Of a stretch of DNA of 64,000 nucleotides, positions 50,540 to 63,037 are shown piece by piece (position 1 is the stretch's first letter; each line of letters starts with the position of its first letter). The notes beneath the pieces were generated by a model. That model did not search any database. It was given only the letters and a program-made list of their open reading frames with translations, and had not been told where the DNA came from. The DNA is taken from positions 269,390,001-269,454,000 of the forward strand of contig OZ024742.1 of NCBI GenBank assembly GCA_964016885.1, in the 5' to 3' direction. Source of the stretch: Eledone cirrhosa. Taxonomy: Eukaryota. The position numbers and the translations under genes were made by a program.

Positions 50540-52560
50540 ATAACAATTTCTACAGGCCAAATAGAATGTTCTCATCCAATGCCAAATCATTTTATAGAGA
50601 AATAATGAAGGAGAAAATAACTATTGAATACCCTCCGTCCATACAAGAAGTTGAAATCTTTTGGAGAAAGATTTGGAGTGATGAGAAGTCATATAATGCT
50701 AATGTAGATTGGATTAGTCGCTTGGAAAAATCCTACACAAATTTAGAGGCATGGGAAGACATCTCTATAGCAGATTTAAGGACATCAGTCAGAAATGCTC
50801 ATTAGTGGAAATCTTCTGGTAGAGAGAGAGTGCCAGATTTCTGGCGTTTCTCATTCCCTTGGACCCACAGTATATTAGTCAATCTGTTCAAAGGAATAAG
50901 AAAAGATCCCCAAAATACACCTTACTGGATAGCAAGTGGCATTACCTGCTTTCTCCCAAAGAACAATGAATCTATGGCTAAAAAAAGGTATCGGCCCATA
51001 ACGTAAATTTCTACCACTTATAAGCTAATAACGTTTATTCCCATGGATAAGACATACATGTTTTGGGAGGAGAATAATCTTTTCACCACTCTTGATTAAT
51101 CGTATTATCCTTGCGAACTGTCATAATAAACACAGAAATCCCAGATCTGCATGAATCTACGACAAAACAGCTTTTGACAGCATACCGCACTCATGGATTT
51201 TAAGATCACTTGACATCTTCAAAATCTCACCTGTAATATCAAACTTCCTGAAATTCTCAAATTATTTTATTCCAATGGAGTACTAAATTTTAACAATATT
51301 AACATCAACTGTGGCATTTTCCAAGGTGACTTTCTTTCACCCTTACTTTTTTGCATAGCTTTAATACCCCTCACATGCGAACTTAATAGAACTGAGATAA
51401 GGAAGGAATGATACAGGAGAGTACGTAAAGTTCTAAAATCAGAACAAAATGCTTATAACAAGGTGTTAGCCATAGATTCCTTGGCATTTCCAGTTGGCTT
51501 TTATAGATTTGGTGTTTTGAACTGGAATATGAGTGAAATTAAAAGAATCGATATCAAAATCCGTAAGTTACTGACTTTTAATAGGATGCACCAACCTGAA
51601 GCAGATGTGGATCGTATTTGCCTTACTGAAACTCAAGGAAGCCTTAGCCTGATCCAATTTGAAAAACAAGCATTATTATGAGAGAAATAAGGAGTTCCAT
51701 TCTATCTTTAAGGAGAGCCAAAACTATGCTACTGATCTCATGCTTGATACCCAGGTTGGAAAGACTAAGGAAACAGTTAGAAGTGATGTTGCTAAGCACA
51801 TAAAACTAATAGTAAAACCAAAAGGGCAAGAGTACTTAGCATCAAAGTGGGAGCAGAAACCTCTGCATGGTAAATATGTGACCTGTAGCAAACAAGCTGC
51901 TGTTGACTGAAAGCACACCCATCAATTGCTACGTAGCTCAGGGCTAAAAGCAGAGAACGAAGGGCTCGCCTTAGCTGCCCAAAATCAAAATTTACTGACA
52001 TGGAATTACAAGGCCAATGTGATGAGAAATGGAGTAAATCCAAAGTGCCCAATCTGTAATGTTGAGTTTGAAACACTGGACCACCTAGTTTTTGGATGTA
52101 AAATGTTAGCCCCAGTAGAGTACAAATAGAGTATAGACATGACAGATTGGCCAATATCTGCACTGGGTAATATGTCGGCATTACAAATCAAAGCTGAAGA
52201 CAAGTGGTACAATCACCCTGAAGCTCTAACTGAAGAAGAAAAAGTAACAATTCTATGGGACTTTCCTGTACCAGATTATAAAATCTAATAGACCAGATAT
52301 CATTGTAAGTGACCAATATAGCAAGGTCTGTGTATTGATAGATATAAGCATCCCATGTGATCAAAATAACGCGGCAAAGAACTTGACAAGATAAGAAAAT
52401 ATAAAGATCTCTGCTAAGTAAAATCGAAAAGAATGTGGCACATCAAGGCCATTACAATACTAGTGATTGTAGGAGCATTGGGAATGATCTAGAAAGGAAC
52501 TGAACAGTAATTGTGAATGATTCCTGGTTTACCATATCTGCAAGAAGTGCCAAAAAATTG
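50540..52560 (+). mobile_element. Dong family C, degenerate with internal deletions
   Basis: NRMFSSNAKSFYRE..FWRKIWS, GIFQGD, KWEQKPLHGKY, KCPICNVEFETLDHLV and NRPDII. Distinct at DNA level from families A and B. Confidence 0.85.
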
Positions 52561-53944
52561 CACATCTGAATAGTAAGAATGTCATAAGCGCTGTAAATTC
52601 CCGAGCTGTGTCTATTATTAGGTACAGTGCGGGAATTCTGAAATGGAATAATGCTGAATAAAAAGAAATGGGTATGGAGACTAAGAAGCTATTGACTATC
52701 TACAACATGCTCCACAAGAAGAGTGATGTTGATAGACTCTACTTAAAGAGATCTGAAGGTGGAAGAGGTCTTATCACCATAGAGCACTGTGTTCAGATGG
52801 AGAAAAACAACCTGCACAAATGTGTGACTGACAGTAGGGAGCCAATGCTCAAAATTGTACTGAAGGAGAAGACAATATACCAGGGGATGCCCAAGGAGGA
52901 AATAACAACAAGGAGGAAATAACAACAAGGAGGAAATAACAACAAGGCCAATTATATCTTTAAGGAGAGACAAAAATATGCTACTGATTTCATGCTTGAT
53001 ACCCAGGTGGGAAAGTCTAAGCAAACAGTTATAACTGATGCTGCTAGGCACATGATACTAATAGTAAAACCAAAAGAGGAAGAGTACTTAGCATCAAAGT
53101 GGGAGCAGAAATCACTGCATGGTAAATATGTGACATGTAGCAAACAAGCTGAAATTTAGAGATCCACAGACATGGAACTGGTTAAAAAGAGGAAACCTTA
53201 AAAAAAGCTACAGAAGGAATGCTAATGTCTGCGCAAGAGCAAGCCCTCAGAACGAAGTGGGTGAAACACCATATTGACAAGAAGGAGGCTAGCTCACTGC
53301 GTAGGATCTGTGGAGAGAGAGAGGATACTGTGGCTCACATTGTATCCGAGTGTAAACACCTAGCCCAGACTCACTATACAGGCTGGAGACATGATATGAT
53401 AGGCAGGGTGATCCACTGGCATCTATGCAAAGTAAAGAATTTACCACATTCTGAGAATTGGTATGAGCATAAGCCAGAGTCGGTGATAGAAAACGATCAG
53501 GTGAAGCTGCTGTGGGATTTTAGGATACAGACGGACAAGAAACTGAAACACAATAGACCTGACCTGGTGGTTTTGGACAATGGAAAATATCGTGCCTGAT
53601 TGTAGATGTAGCCTGCCCATTTGACACGAGAGTGCAAGAAAAGGAGAGCGAGAAAATTAACCGATACGAGGATTTCAAGTAGGAGTTAAAAAGTATCTGG
53701 TACTGCCATGAAATCAAGGTCGTCTCGATTGTCATAGGCGCACTAGGTACTATCCCCAAAGAGTTTCCAAGGATGGTTAAAGAAGATTAGTCCAGCCCCG
53801 CTTTTTGGAACACTTCAAAAGGAATGCTTGCTGGGAACAGCAAGAACCCTCCGATACGTCCTGAATATCTGAGGCTGCAGGTCGTGGCTTGATATTCATT
53901 TCAACAAACTTTCCAGTTAAATAACATCAATGACTGAGACTCAA
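52561..53944 (+). mobile_element. Dong family A 3' fragment with a family C patch (~52950-53151)
   Basis: Family A homology on both sides of a segment that matches 51700-51899. Confidence 0.88.
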
Positions 53945-53964
53945 ATAACAATAATAATAATAAT

Positions 53965-55000
53965 GATTTCTTTATTAACCACAAGGGTTTACATAAAGTA
54001 GACATTAAGGACAGTGGAGGACAATACAGGACGGTACAAATGGGCATTTCTGCGTGTAAAAAAACAAAAACAGAGGATGTAACAAAAAAATAACAATGAA
54101 AAATTCCCCAATAGAGGGGAGACTTCGGAGGGTCATTTGTGGAGAAAGCCCAGTAAAAGGCCACAATGACCCTGACCACCAAGGCAAATGCCCTCTCCCA
54201 GTTTTCCACCTTTAATTTACAGATATATACTCAGAGTAGGCCCATTCACTCGGGCCATTCTTGCTTCTCTCACCCATCTTTCAACAAAATGCTGGGAAGA
54301 GAGCACTTCCCTCTCTACTCTGATTTTCCTTTTCAAATGAAATTTGAAAAAGTCAATCAGAACATCACTGAAGAGGTAAGTGCTCCTCTTCAGCCCTTTC
54401 AAACGTGTCCACCATACTATCTCTTTCGCCATGGCCACCAGACAGATAAAAACTGCCTGCCCTTCCCGGCTAAAGGAGGAGGGCGGGGCAATCCTCACGA
54501 TGGACTCAGATAATAGCCGGATCCGTCCTAAACGCGACAGCAGGTGTTCGACATAAACCTACAAGTCAGCAATTTTCGGACACTGGATGAGTGCGTGCAT
54601 GACGGTTTCGTCGCCCTGCGCGCATCTCGGACATGCCCGGTTGACGGCACCTCCATGCCTGTAGAGTTTATCCCGAACTGGCAAGGCTCCTCGGTAGCAC
54701 TGCCAGGCCAGAGATTTCTGGAAGTTGTCCATAGGCCCCGGCCCGAAAGTTCTTCTGAAGAGATTGGCTAGTTGATTTTCGTCAACGCCTAGAGTTTCCC
54801 CAAGTACGTCGTCGCTCTTCCCCTCCACTAATCCTCTATAGAACGCCGAGGTGGAGTTCCCACCGATCACATTGCCCGATTGGTCGAGGGCTGTGAGCGC
54901 CTGAAGACATTCTAGTGTCCAGGCGCTCCCTCTCGGTCTTCGCTTGACCCAGGACTGCAGCTCCGTCAAGGAAACGAGCTGGGGAAATACGTGTCTAGCA
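53965..55000 (-). mobile_element. Tx1-type 3' fragment
   Basis: Near-identical to 25366-26383. Abuts (TAA)n at 53944-53964. Confidence 0.92.
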
Positions 55001-55564
55001 ATTATTGTATCTTAAGTTTTCTCAAAATGTTTAATTCAAATATTAAGAAAAATATGTCAACACATATATTAAACATACGCGACAATTCGCATAGACATAC
55101 AGATCAAACAAACGTATACTACTACAGTCTATTCAACAGAACTCAGTAACGGCAACAGTATCACTATAGCCACCGCCGCCACCACCCCATCATTGCTACC
55201 ACTATCCCATCACCACCGCCACCACTCCTTCATTGCTACCACCATTATTCCCCCATTACCTTCTGTTAACTTAAGAGAGGGAAGGTGGCGGTATCACTAG
55301 ACAAGGGTGAGGCTAGCAAAAGATATAATTAGACTGACTTAGTGACCGGGTCAAACGTCAACGACTATGGCACTGTTGGCTCCCTCCTTCCCCACCAACA
55401 ATAGAAACAGCCCCAGCACCACCATCGTCATAGCCAACAACAATAACAGGCAACTTCAACAAAAAGTATATTATATTATTAATAATAATTTCATTCTTAC
55501 ACCACGTAATGCTCAAATTAAGGAACCACTGATGATAATAACAATTTAAAATACAACAAAAAAG

Positions 55565-58500
55565 AAAACCCCGTGATCAAGAAATACCGGGATGGCGGCC
55601 GGCGAGGAATAGCCGTGTCTCTAGGGGAAGACGACCCCTCTAGTCTTGGTTGAAACTCGTCCTAGAAGTGGTTACAGGAAATGATTACCCCTTGGCGGTA
55701 AGGATAAAACGCGACAAAATAAAGTAAATGTCAAATGATAAAATCTTATACCTCATCGGCCGTCACCCGGGTCAAAAAGGGCCGCGTCTCTCAGAGAGGA
55801 ACCAGAATGGGGTCGAAAAATCAGCTAATGGTTCGAACCTTCCCATCACTTACGGAGCTGGAGACCTCCCATAACCGGAATACTCATACTGTTGGCCCTC
55901 CATGCTCACCACCAAGAAATCCAAAGAAAAGGAGAGAAAAATGGTCAAGTGAAGACAATAAAAAAGTCCTTGAGGCTTTCTACACTGCCATGTACTACCC
56001 ATTAAATAGATCGAACACAGAACAGACATATATCAACTGGAAAAACAAACAACCCGAAAACAGAGGCTATATTGACTGTAGCAAACTAGCCAATATACGA
56101 AGAAAATATTGCTAAAAAAAAGTTAGTAACTGATATAGAAATTGATCAGATCAAGCTATTAGCACAACTTCCGGGAAGGGAAAATGAAACATGTGACAGT
56201 GAAAACGAGGTAAATTCTAACACTTCGAATCCCAGGGTTGGGGCGGAACAAGAACTGAGAACAGAACAAATTAAAGAAAGGATCGAAAAAGTGGAGTGAG
56301 TGCAAAGATGTAAACAATGAGATCGTAAATGATTAAGAAATGAATGAGAATGAACTTGCCAATTTGAAGGATGAAATTATGATCGAATGGATGAAAATGA
56401 AAGAATATGACATGGGGGGAAAGGGACACCCTGCCTAAGATCCTGAACTCCAAACGGAACCAAAAGATAATACACAAGACAAACATAATTTTCAAAAACA
56501 TTATCATCACAAACACACTAAACATTACTGATCTAAATCATCTCTATTATGCATCGGCTAAAATCACCACTCACTTATGTGGAGTGAAAATGAAACAACG
56601 AAAGGAATTCCCACAAGAAATCTACGTGGCAAGAGAACATCAATCGCCAAATAAACCTTCTCCGATCTGACATAGAAATGTTAACAAACTATAAAGTAGG
56701 TGAACATGTTAAACAAACTAAACTTAGAAAATTGAAAAAAAAGTACAGTATAAAATCAACATGTGACATAGACATGCTGATAGAAATAATCAAGCAAAAA
56801 GTGTCGGCCAAAGCTGCTCGTATAAGGCGCTTTGAAAAACGATCTAGATTCTATAAGGACAATAATATGTTCAAAAACAACCAAAGAAACTTCTACAGAA
56901 AAGTTGGCAAGTCAACAATGACTGATAAATCAATACCAGGCAAGGAGGAAGTGCAATGATTCTGGAAAAAGATCTGGGCTGAAGAAAAAGTTAATAATAT
57001 ATATGCCCCATGGATAGACAGACAAATGAAAGATACAGCTCACCTTGAGGAACTCATGTGGGAAAATATAACAGTTGAACAGTTGCTTTAGGCTCTTAGA
57101 AAAACCAGCAAATGGGAATCCCCAGGAAAAGACAAAATACCAAATTTTTGGATAAATATTTTCACAGAGTCTCATGAGCTGTTAGCCCAACTTTACAATG
57201 AAATAGTTAAGGACCCAGAAAATATATCATCATGGCTATTTAACGGTGTTACACTCCTGTTTCCGAAGAATGATGAGACAAACAATCCCAAAAAATTACA
57301 GACCGATAACTTGCTTGACCACAATGTATAACATTTTAACATGAGTCCCAACTGAATACACATATGACCACCTGATAACAAATGATCTATTTCCCAATGA
57401 GCAGAAAGGGTGTAAACGAGGCTCATATGGCTGTAAGGATCAGCTTTTGGTTAACAAAATGATACTGGAAGATTGTCATAATAGACACAAACATCTATCA
57501 ATTGCTTGGATAGATTATAAATAAGCATTCGATAGTTTGCCACACAGTTGGATTGAAAAATGTTTAGAGATTTTCAAAATATCTCCCGTTGTCAGGAGGT
57601 TCCTGTCATTCAATATGAAGACACAGAAAACGACACGCCTTTTGAATAGTGAAACAAAATCACCGGAAGCTGGAGAAGTTAATATTAATTGTGGAATTTT
57701 TCATGGTGACTATTTATCACCACTTTTATTCTGCATGGCACTTATACCATTAAGTAAAATGCTCAATGAAACAAAACATGGATATAAAGTCTATGATAAA
57801 ACCATTAATCACTTGTTCTACATGGATGAAACTATTTGCAAAAAATGATGAACAATTGCAAGGGCTATTATACACTGTGGACAGTTCAGTGATGACATTA
57901 AAATGGAGTTTGGACTAGATAAATGCGCCAAAGCAACGTTCACCAGAGGAAAGATGCTGAAAAGTTCAGACATTAATCTTGCTCGGAGGAATGTGATAAG
58001 AGAACTTTATCAAGAGGAAACTTACAAATATCTAGGTGTTTGTGAAGGAGACCGTATCAAGCACTCGACAATGAGGTAAAGGATAAGGAAGGAATGTTAC
58101 CGCAGTGTAAGAGCAATCTTAAGAACGGAATTGAATGCAAGGAATAGGATCGATGTCATAAACACGCGCTTGCCATACCAGTAGTGACCTACAGTTACAA
58201 CGTCATCAACTGGTCAAGCGCAGAGATCCGTAGGCTCGATGCAAAATTCTTAACCATGCACAGAATGCATCACCCCTAAGGCAGACACAGTTTGAATATA
58301 TCTCCAGAGGAAAGATGGCGGACGTGAGTTAATCCAGTTAGATATTGCGTTGAAAACTGCAACAATTTGATTACCTACATATCTAAGGGAATCACATCAT
58401 TGGATGATCAAACTCGTTTTGAAACACGAAAGCATCAAAAGATCATACTCCATTACAAAAGATGCATAAAGATACAGTAATGGACTACACACTTCAGAAG

Positions 58501-59314
58501 TTCCATTTACTGCTGAAATGAAAAACACAGAAAAAGCAAAGCGGCTAAAAGTAACTGCAAAGAAAGAACTGCTACAGAAACTGGCTAAGAAATGGCAAGA
58601 AAAGCCTCTGTATAGAAAATACCCAGAACGAGCTAACAATCCTGATGTTGACAACATTTTAACGCATCAGTGGTTGGTATCCTCTGGACTGAAATCGGAG
58701 ACTGAAGGACTGATTATATCAGCAGAAGATCAGTGTCTGCCAAAAAGTGTTACCAAGATAACATAATACAAAATGGATGCAAACCATTATTCCGTGAATG
58801 TAAAAAACAACCAGAGACCATTGATCATATAATTCCAATGTGCAGTCCTAGAGCTCCAACCGAATACCTAAACAGTCATGACAGAGCTGCACACTACATA
58901 CATTGGATAATGTGTAAGCATTTTGACCTGCCCCATCAAAAGAATTGGTGGGAGCATCAACCACCTCCCATACATGAAAAAGATCACATCTCAATCTTGT
59001 GGAAATTGAGAACTAAAACAATACTAGTGGTTGTAGGCGCTCTAGGAATGATACCTAAGGAGTCTAGTGATTACTTATAGCAAATCCCAGGAAACCCGCG
59101 TATATGGGAAATACAAAAGATAGTACTAATGGGAACTGCCCATATACTAAGGAAGATTCTGTCAATATAAGTACATCACAAGTCTAAGCACCTAAAGATG
59201 TATGTGTGTGTATGTATGTTCGTTCTTGCACATAGCGGACCGTGTTGTCTCTTGAGGTCACGGGTTGTGACTTGGTGATAACTCGTATGAACATAAAGCA
59301 AGATAAATGCAATT

Positions 59315-59315
<1 letters not shown>
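55565..59315 (+). mobile_element. Dong family B with both ends (ORF ~55728-59170), disrupted; RLE catalytic segment deleted near 59000
   Basis: Leader is homologous to 16400-16255. Motifs KWSSEDNKKVLEAFY, GCKRGSYGCKDQLL, LFYMD and ETIDHII..HDR. Ends in (TAA)n. Confidence 0.9.

Positions 59316-59316
<1 letters not shown>

Positions 59317-59364
<48 letters not shown>
59317..59364. repeat. (TAA)n between Dong B 3' end and Tx1 3' end
   Basis: Directly visible. Confidence 0.98.
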
Positions 59365-59365
<1 letters not shown>

Positions 59366-59605
59366 TTTTCTTTATTAACCACAAGGGTTTACATAAAGTA
59401 GACATTAAGGACAGTACAGGACAATACAGGACGGTACAAATGGGCATTTCTGCGTGTAAAAAAACAGAGGTTGAAATAAAATAACAAAGAAAAATTCCCC
59501 AATAGGGGGGAGACTTCCGAGGGACATTTGTGGAGAAAGCCCATTAAAAGACCACAGTGGCCCTGACCACCAGGGCAAGTGCCCTCTCCCAGTTTTCCAC
59601 CTTTA

Positions 59606-62600
59606 ATTTACAGACACATACTCAGAGAAGGCCCATTCATTCGGGCCATACTTGCTTCTCTAACCGATCTTTCAACAAAATTCCCTCTCTACCCTGATTT
59701 TCCTTTTCAAATGAAATTTGAAAAAGTTAATCAGGGCATCACCGAAGAGGTAAGTGCTCGTCTTCAGCCCTTTCAAACGTGTCCACCATACTATCTCTTT
59801 CGCCATGGCCACCAGACAGATAAAAACTGCCTGCCCTTCCCGGCTAAAGGAAGGGGGCGGGGCAATCCTCACGATGTACTCAGCTGATAGCTGGATCCGT
59901 CCTACACGTGACAGCAGGTGTTCGACACAAGTCAGCAATGCTCGGACACTGGACGAGTGCGTGCATGACGGTTTCGTCGCCCTGCGCGCATCTCGGACAT
60001 GCCCGGCTTACGGCACCTCCATGCCTGTAGAGTTTATCCCGAACTGGCAAAGCTCCTCGGTAGCACTGCCAGGCCAGGGATTTCTGGAAGTTGTCCATAG
60101 GCCCCGGCCCGAAAGTCCTTCCGAAGAGATTGGCTAGTTGATTTTCGTCGACGCCTAGAGTTTCTCCAAGTACGTCGTCGCTCTTCCCCTCCACTAATCC
60201 CCTATAGAACGCCAAGGTGGAGTTTCCACCGATCACATTGCCCGATTGGTCGAGGGCTGTGAGCGCCTGAAGACATTCCAGTCTCCCAGCGCTCCCTCTC
60301 GGTCTTCGCTTGACCCAGGACTGCAGCTCCGTCAAGGAGATGAGCTGGGGTAAAACGTGTCTAGCAAACGGCGACCACACCTGATCACCGTCGAGGAAGA
60401 GGTGGAGATGTCGTAGCCTGAGCGCGTGTTTGCGCATCATCAGCCACGGCATGCCCAGCCCTCCACGTAGCGGGTGTTGAAATCAGATAGACCGCCTGAC
60501 CATCGGAGCGCGTCCCTTCCACAAGAAGAGAAAGACCAAACGCTCCAGCGCAGTCAGGCGGGGCTTAGGACAAGGTACGACGGTCAGGCGGTAGTAGATG
60601 ACGGATGCGATGTACGCATTCGCCACCTCCGCTCGACCTTTCAGGGATAGCTTCCTCTCCGCCCATTTCTGGGTGAGAGAAGCCACCCTGCTCGTCACCT
60701 CGTCCCAGTTTTTGTCCGTCTGGAGGTCTGGACCGAACCAGACCCCTAGCAATTTAACCGGTCCGTCCGTCCAGCGCCCGACGACGCTGTTGGACGGCAT
60801 GGACCTGCCTCTCCAGGTGCCGAGCTGCAGGCCCACTGACTTTTCCTGGTTGATCATTGCTCCTGTCACCGCTTCGTATTCTCTTAGTGTAGTGCCAATC
60901 GCCTCGATGTGTTTGGCGTTCGACACCACTACGGTGACATCGTCGGCATATGCTGACACGGATCTTCCGCATCCTAGTTCGCGCGGGACCCCCCTCAACG
61001 TCTCCAGTTTGTGCAGTAATGGCTCGAGAGTCAATACGTACAATAGGGACGAGAGGGGACATCCTTGGCGGACCGAGCGCATGATGTTGAACGGTTCCGA
61101 AAGGTGACCGTTCACTCTCACTACAGAGCAGATGTCGCTGTGCATGGCAGCGATCCACCCTCTGAAGACGGGCCCAAAGCCAGCCGCCCTCAGGACTGCC
61201 GCTAAGTAACGATGGTCGACCCTATCGAAGGCTTTCGACTGATCTAAATTGATCAAAGACCCATCCGTGCCAGGTTCCCTAGCTACCCTCTCTACTATGT
61301 ATCGCATGAGGTGGAGGTTGTCGTGGATGGATTTGTCGGGAATGGCGCATGTCTGTGCCTCTCCCACCAGACCACCAACGACAAGCGCCAACCTCTTTGC
61401 TAGCACCTTGGCCAAAATCTTGAACTCTGTGTTTAGCAGAGTTATGGGCCTAAAATTATGTATGTTATCCCCCTTGTTCGGATCCTTTCTCAGCAGCGCC
61501 ACCGCTCCTCGGCTCACAGAGCTGGGAATTCTCCCGTTCTGTTGCCAGTTGCAGTAGACGTCCGCCAAGAGGCCTCCGAACAAGTTTGGCATTTGTACGT
61601 AAAGTTCATAGGGCAGACCATCCAAACCAGGCGATTTACCCCTGGTGCAACTAGTCATTGCATCTCGTACTTCAGCGGTTGTTATCGGATTTTCGCAACA
61701 CTCAGCCTCAGTGGCCGAAAGCCGCGGCAATCCGTCGATGTAGACACTAAAGTCCATCCCTCAATCCGGCCCGCCACTGCCCCCGAACAGTTGAGCGAAG
61801 TGTCGCTGAAAAGCTTCACACATTTGCCCGGGATCGAGTAGCATGCGCCCGTCGTGGTCCACCAAAGACTGGATCGTGGCTTTGTTGCCACGACGCGCCT
61901 CCGCCACTCGGGCCCATTGAACGGCTTTCGTCCCCTCGTGTCTGAGAGCACGCACCCTAGCTCTGACAACGCACACCTTCGTGCTTTGCATTGAAGAATT
62001 GGTCAAGGGCCAATTTCGCCGCAAGCACGTCGGTCGCGATGCCTTTGCTAAGCGCCTCATCTAATTTTCTAACTAATTCTCCCTCTGCTCTATTTTTCTC
62101 TATTGCTAAAGTCTTACTAAACCTAATAGACTCTATTCTAATTGCTCTTTTCAGAGCAAACCACCACTTGTTGTTGACGATGGCCCCCGTCAACGCCCGC
62201 TTAACTAGTTCGCTAATCCGGTCTCTGTAGGCCTTGCGCGCTGGTAAGGACACGTTTAGCTTCCAGTAGCCGGGTCCTCGTCTATGAAGCCTATCTAAGT
62301 CAAGCACACAGATCACGAATTTGTGGTCCGTGTAGCTGACTATCTTCAATTGTGGACAGCCTATGCTAGACCTATCTATTTCCCTACAAAATACTCTATC
62401 TAGATATGATCTGGATGACCCTATGCGATTTGTCCAAGTCCACATTGGTACATTCGGGAAATCCATTCGGTACCTGTCAGACAGTTCAAAACGTCTGAGC
62501 AGGTTGGTGAGACTCTTGCATCCTCCTTCCCTATCCACTAATCCCACACAATCCCAGCGTGCATCTAAGATCCCGTTCCAGTCGCCCACTAACACTAAAG

Positions 62601-63003
62601 AGCGGGACGTTCCAAGAAAGGTCTCCAGACGCCGGAAGAAATCAGGCCGCCCTGCTCCTGTCGAGGCATAGACGGCCAGTAACCTGAAAGCTTTCCCGTC
62701 TCCGCTGGTCACGTCCAGCACCACCAACTTACCTTCTGGGTCCAGGAAGATGGCCCGTATGGCAAGATCCAAACCTCTCCGAAAAAGCACAGCAACTCCT
62801 CCACCCGATCCCGGACGGCTGGGAGATGCGTACACATCGTAGCCGCCAAAGATCGGTGCGAAAGCCTGTGCTTCGGAGATTCTGGTCTCGCTGATGGCCA
62901 CTACATCTATGTTTAGTGACCTGAGGTCGTTGAGCAGGTGGCCCTGCTTCCATGACGACCCCAAGCCACGCGCATTTATGCTGCCTATTCTGAGTGAGGT
63001 CAT
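59606..63003 (-). pseudogene. Tx1 ORF2 (APE, RT, zinc-binding), a few frameshifts
   Basis: SINARGL, ISETR, GDWN, YLDRV, TDH; LDQSKAFDRV, VRQGCPLS, AYADD. Confidence 0.92.
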
Positions 63004-63037
63004 GTTGAAAAGGAGTGGAAAAGATGGGAAAGACCAC

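Noticed and set aside
55575-55620. Antisense GGC-TATTCCTC-GCC resembling HDV P3/L3
   Set aside because: It is on the wrong strand for the element, lacks P1.1 and J4/2, and is not preserved as such in the 16.3k copy.
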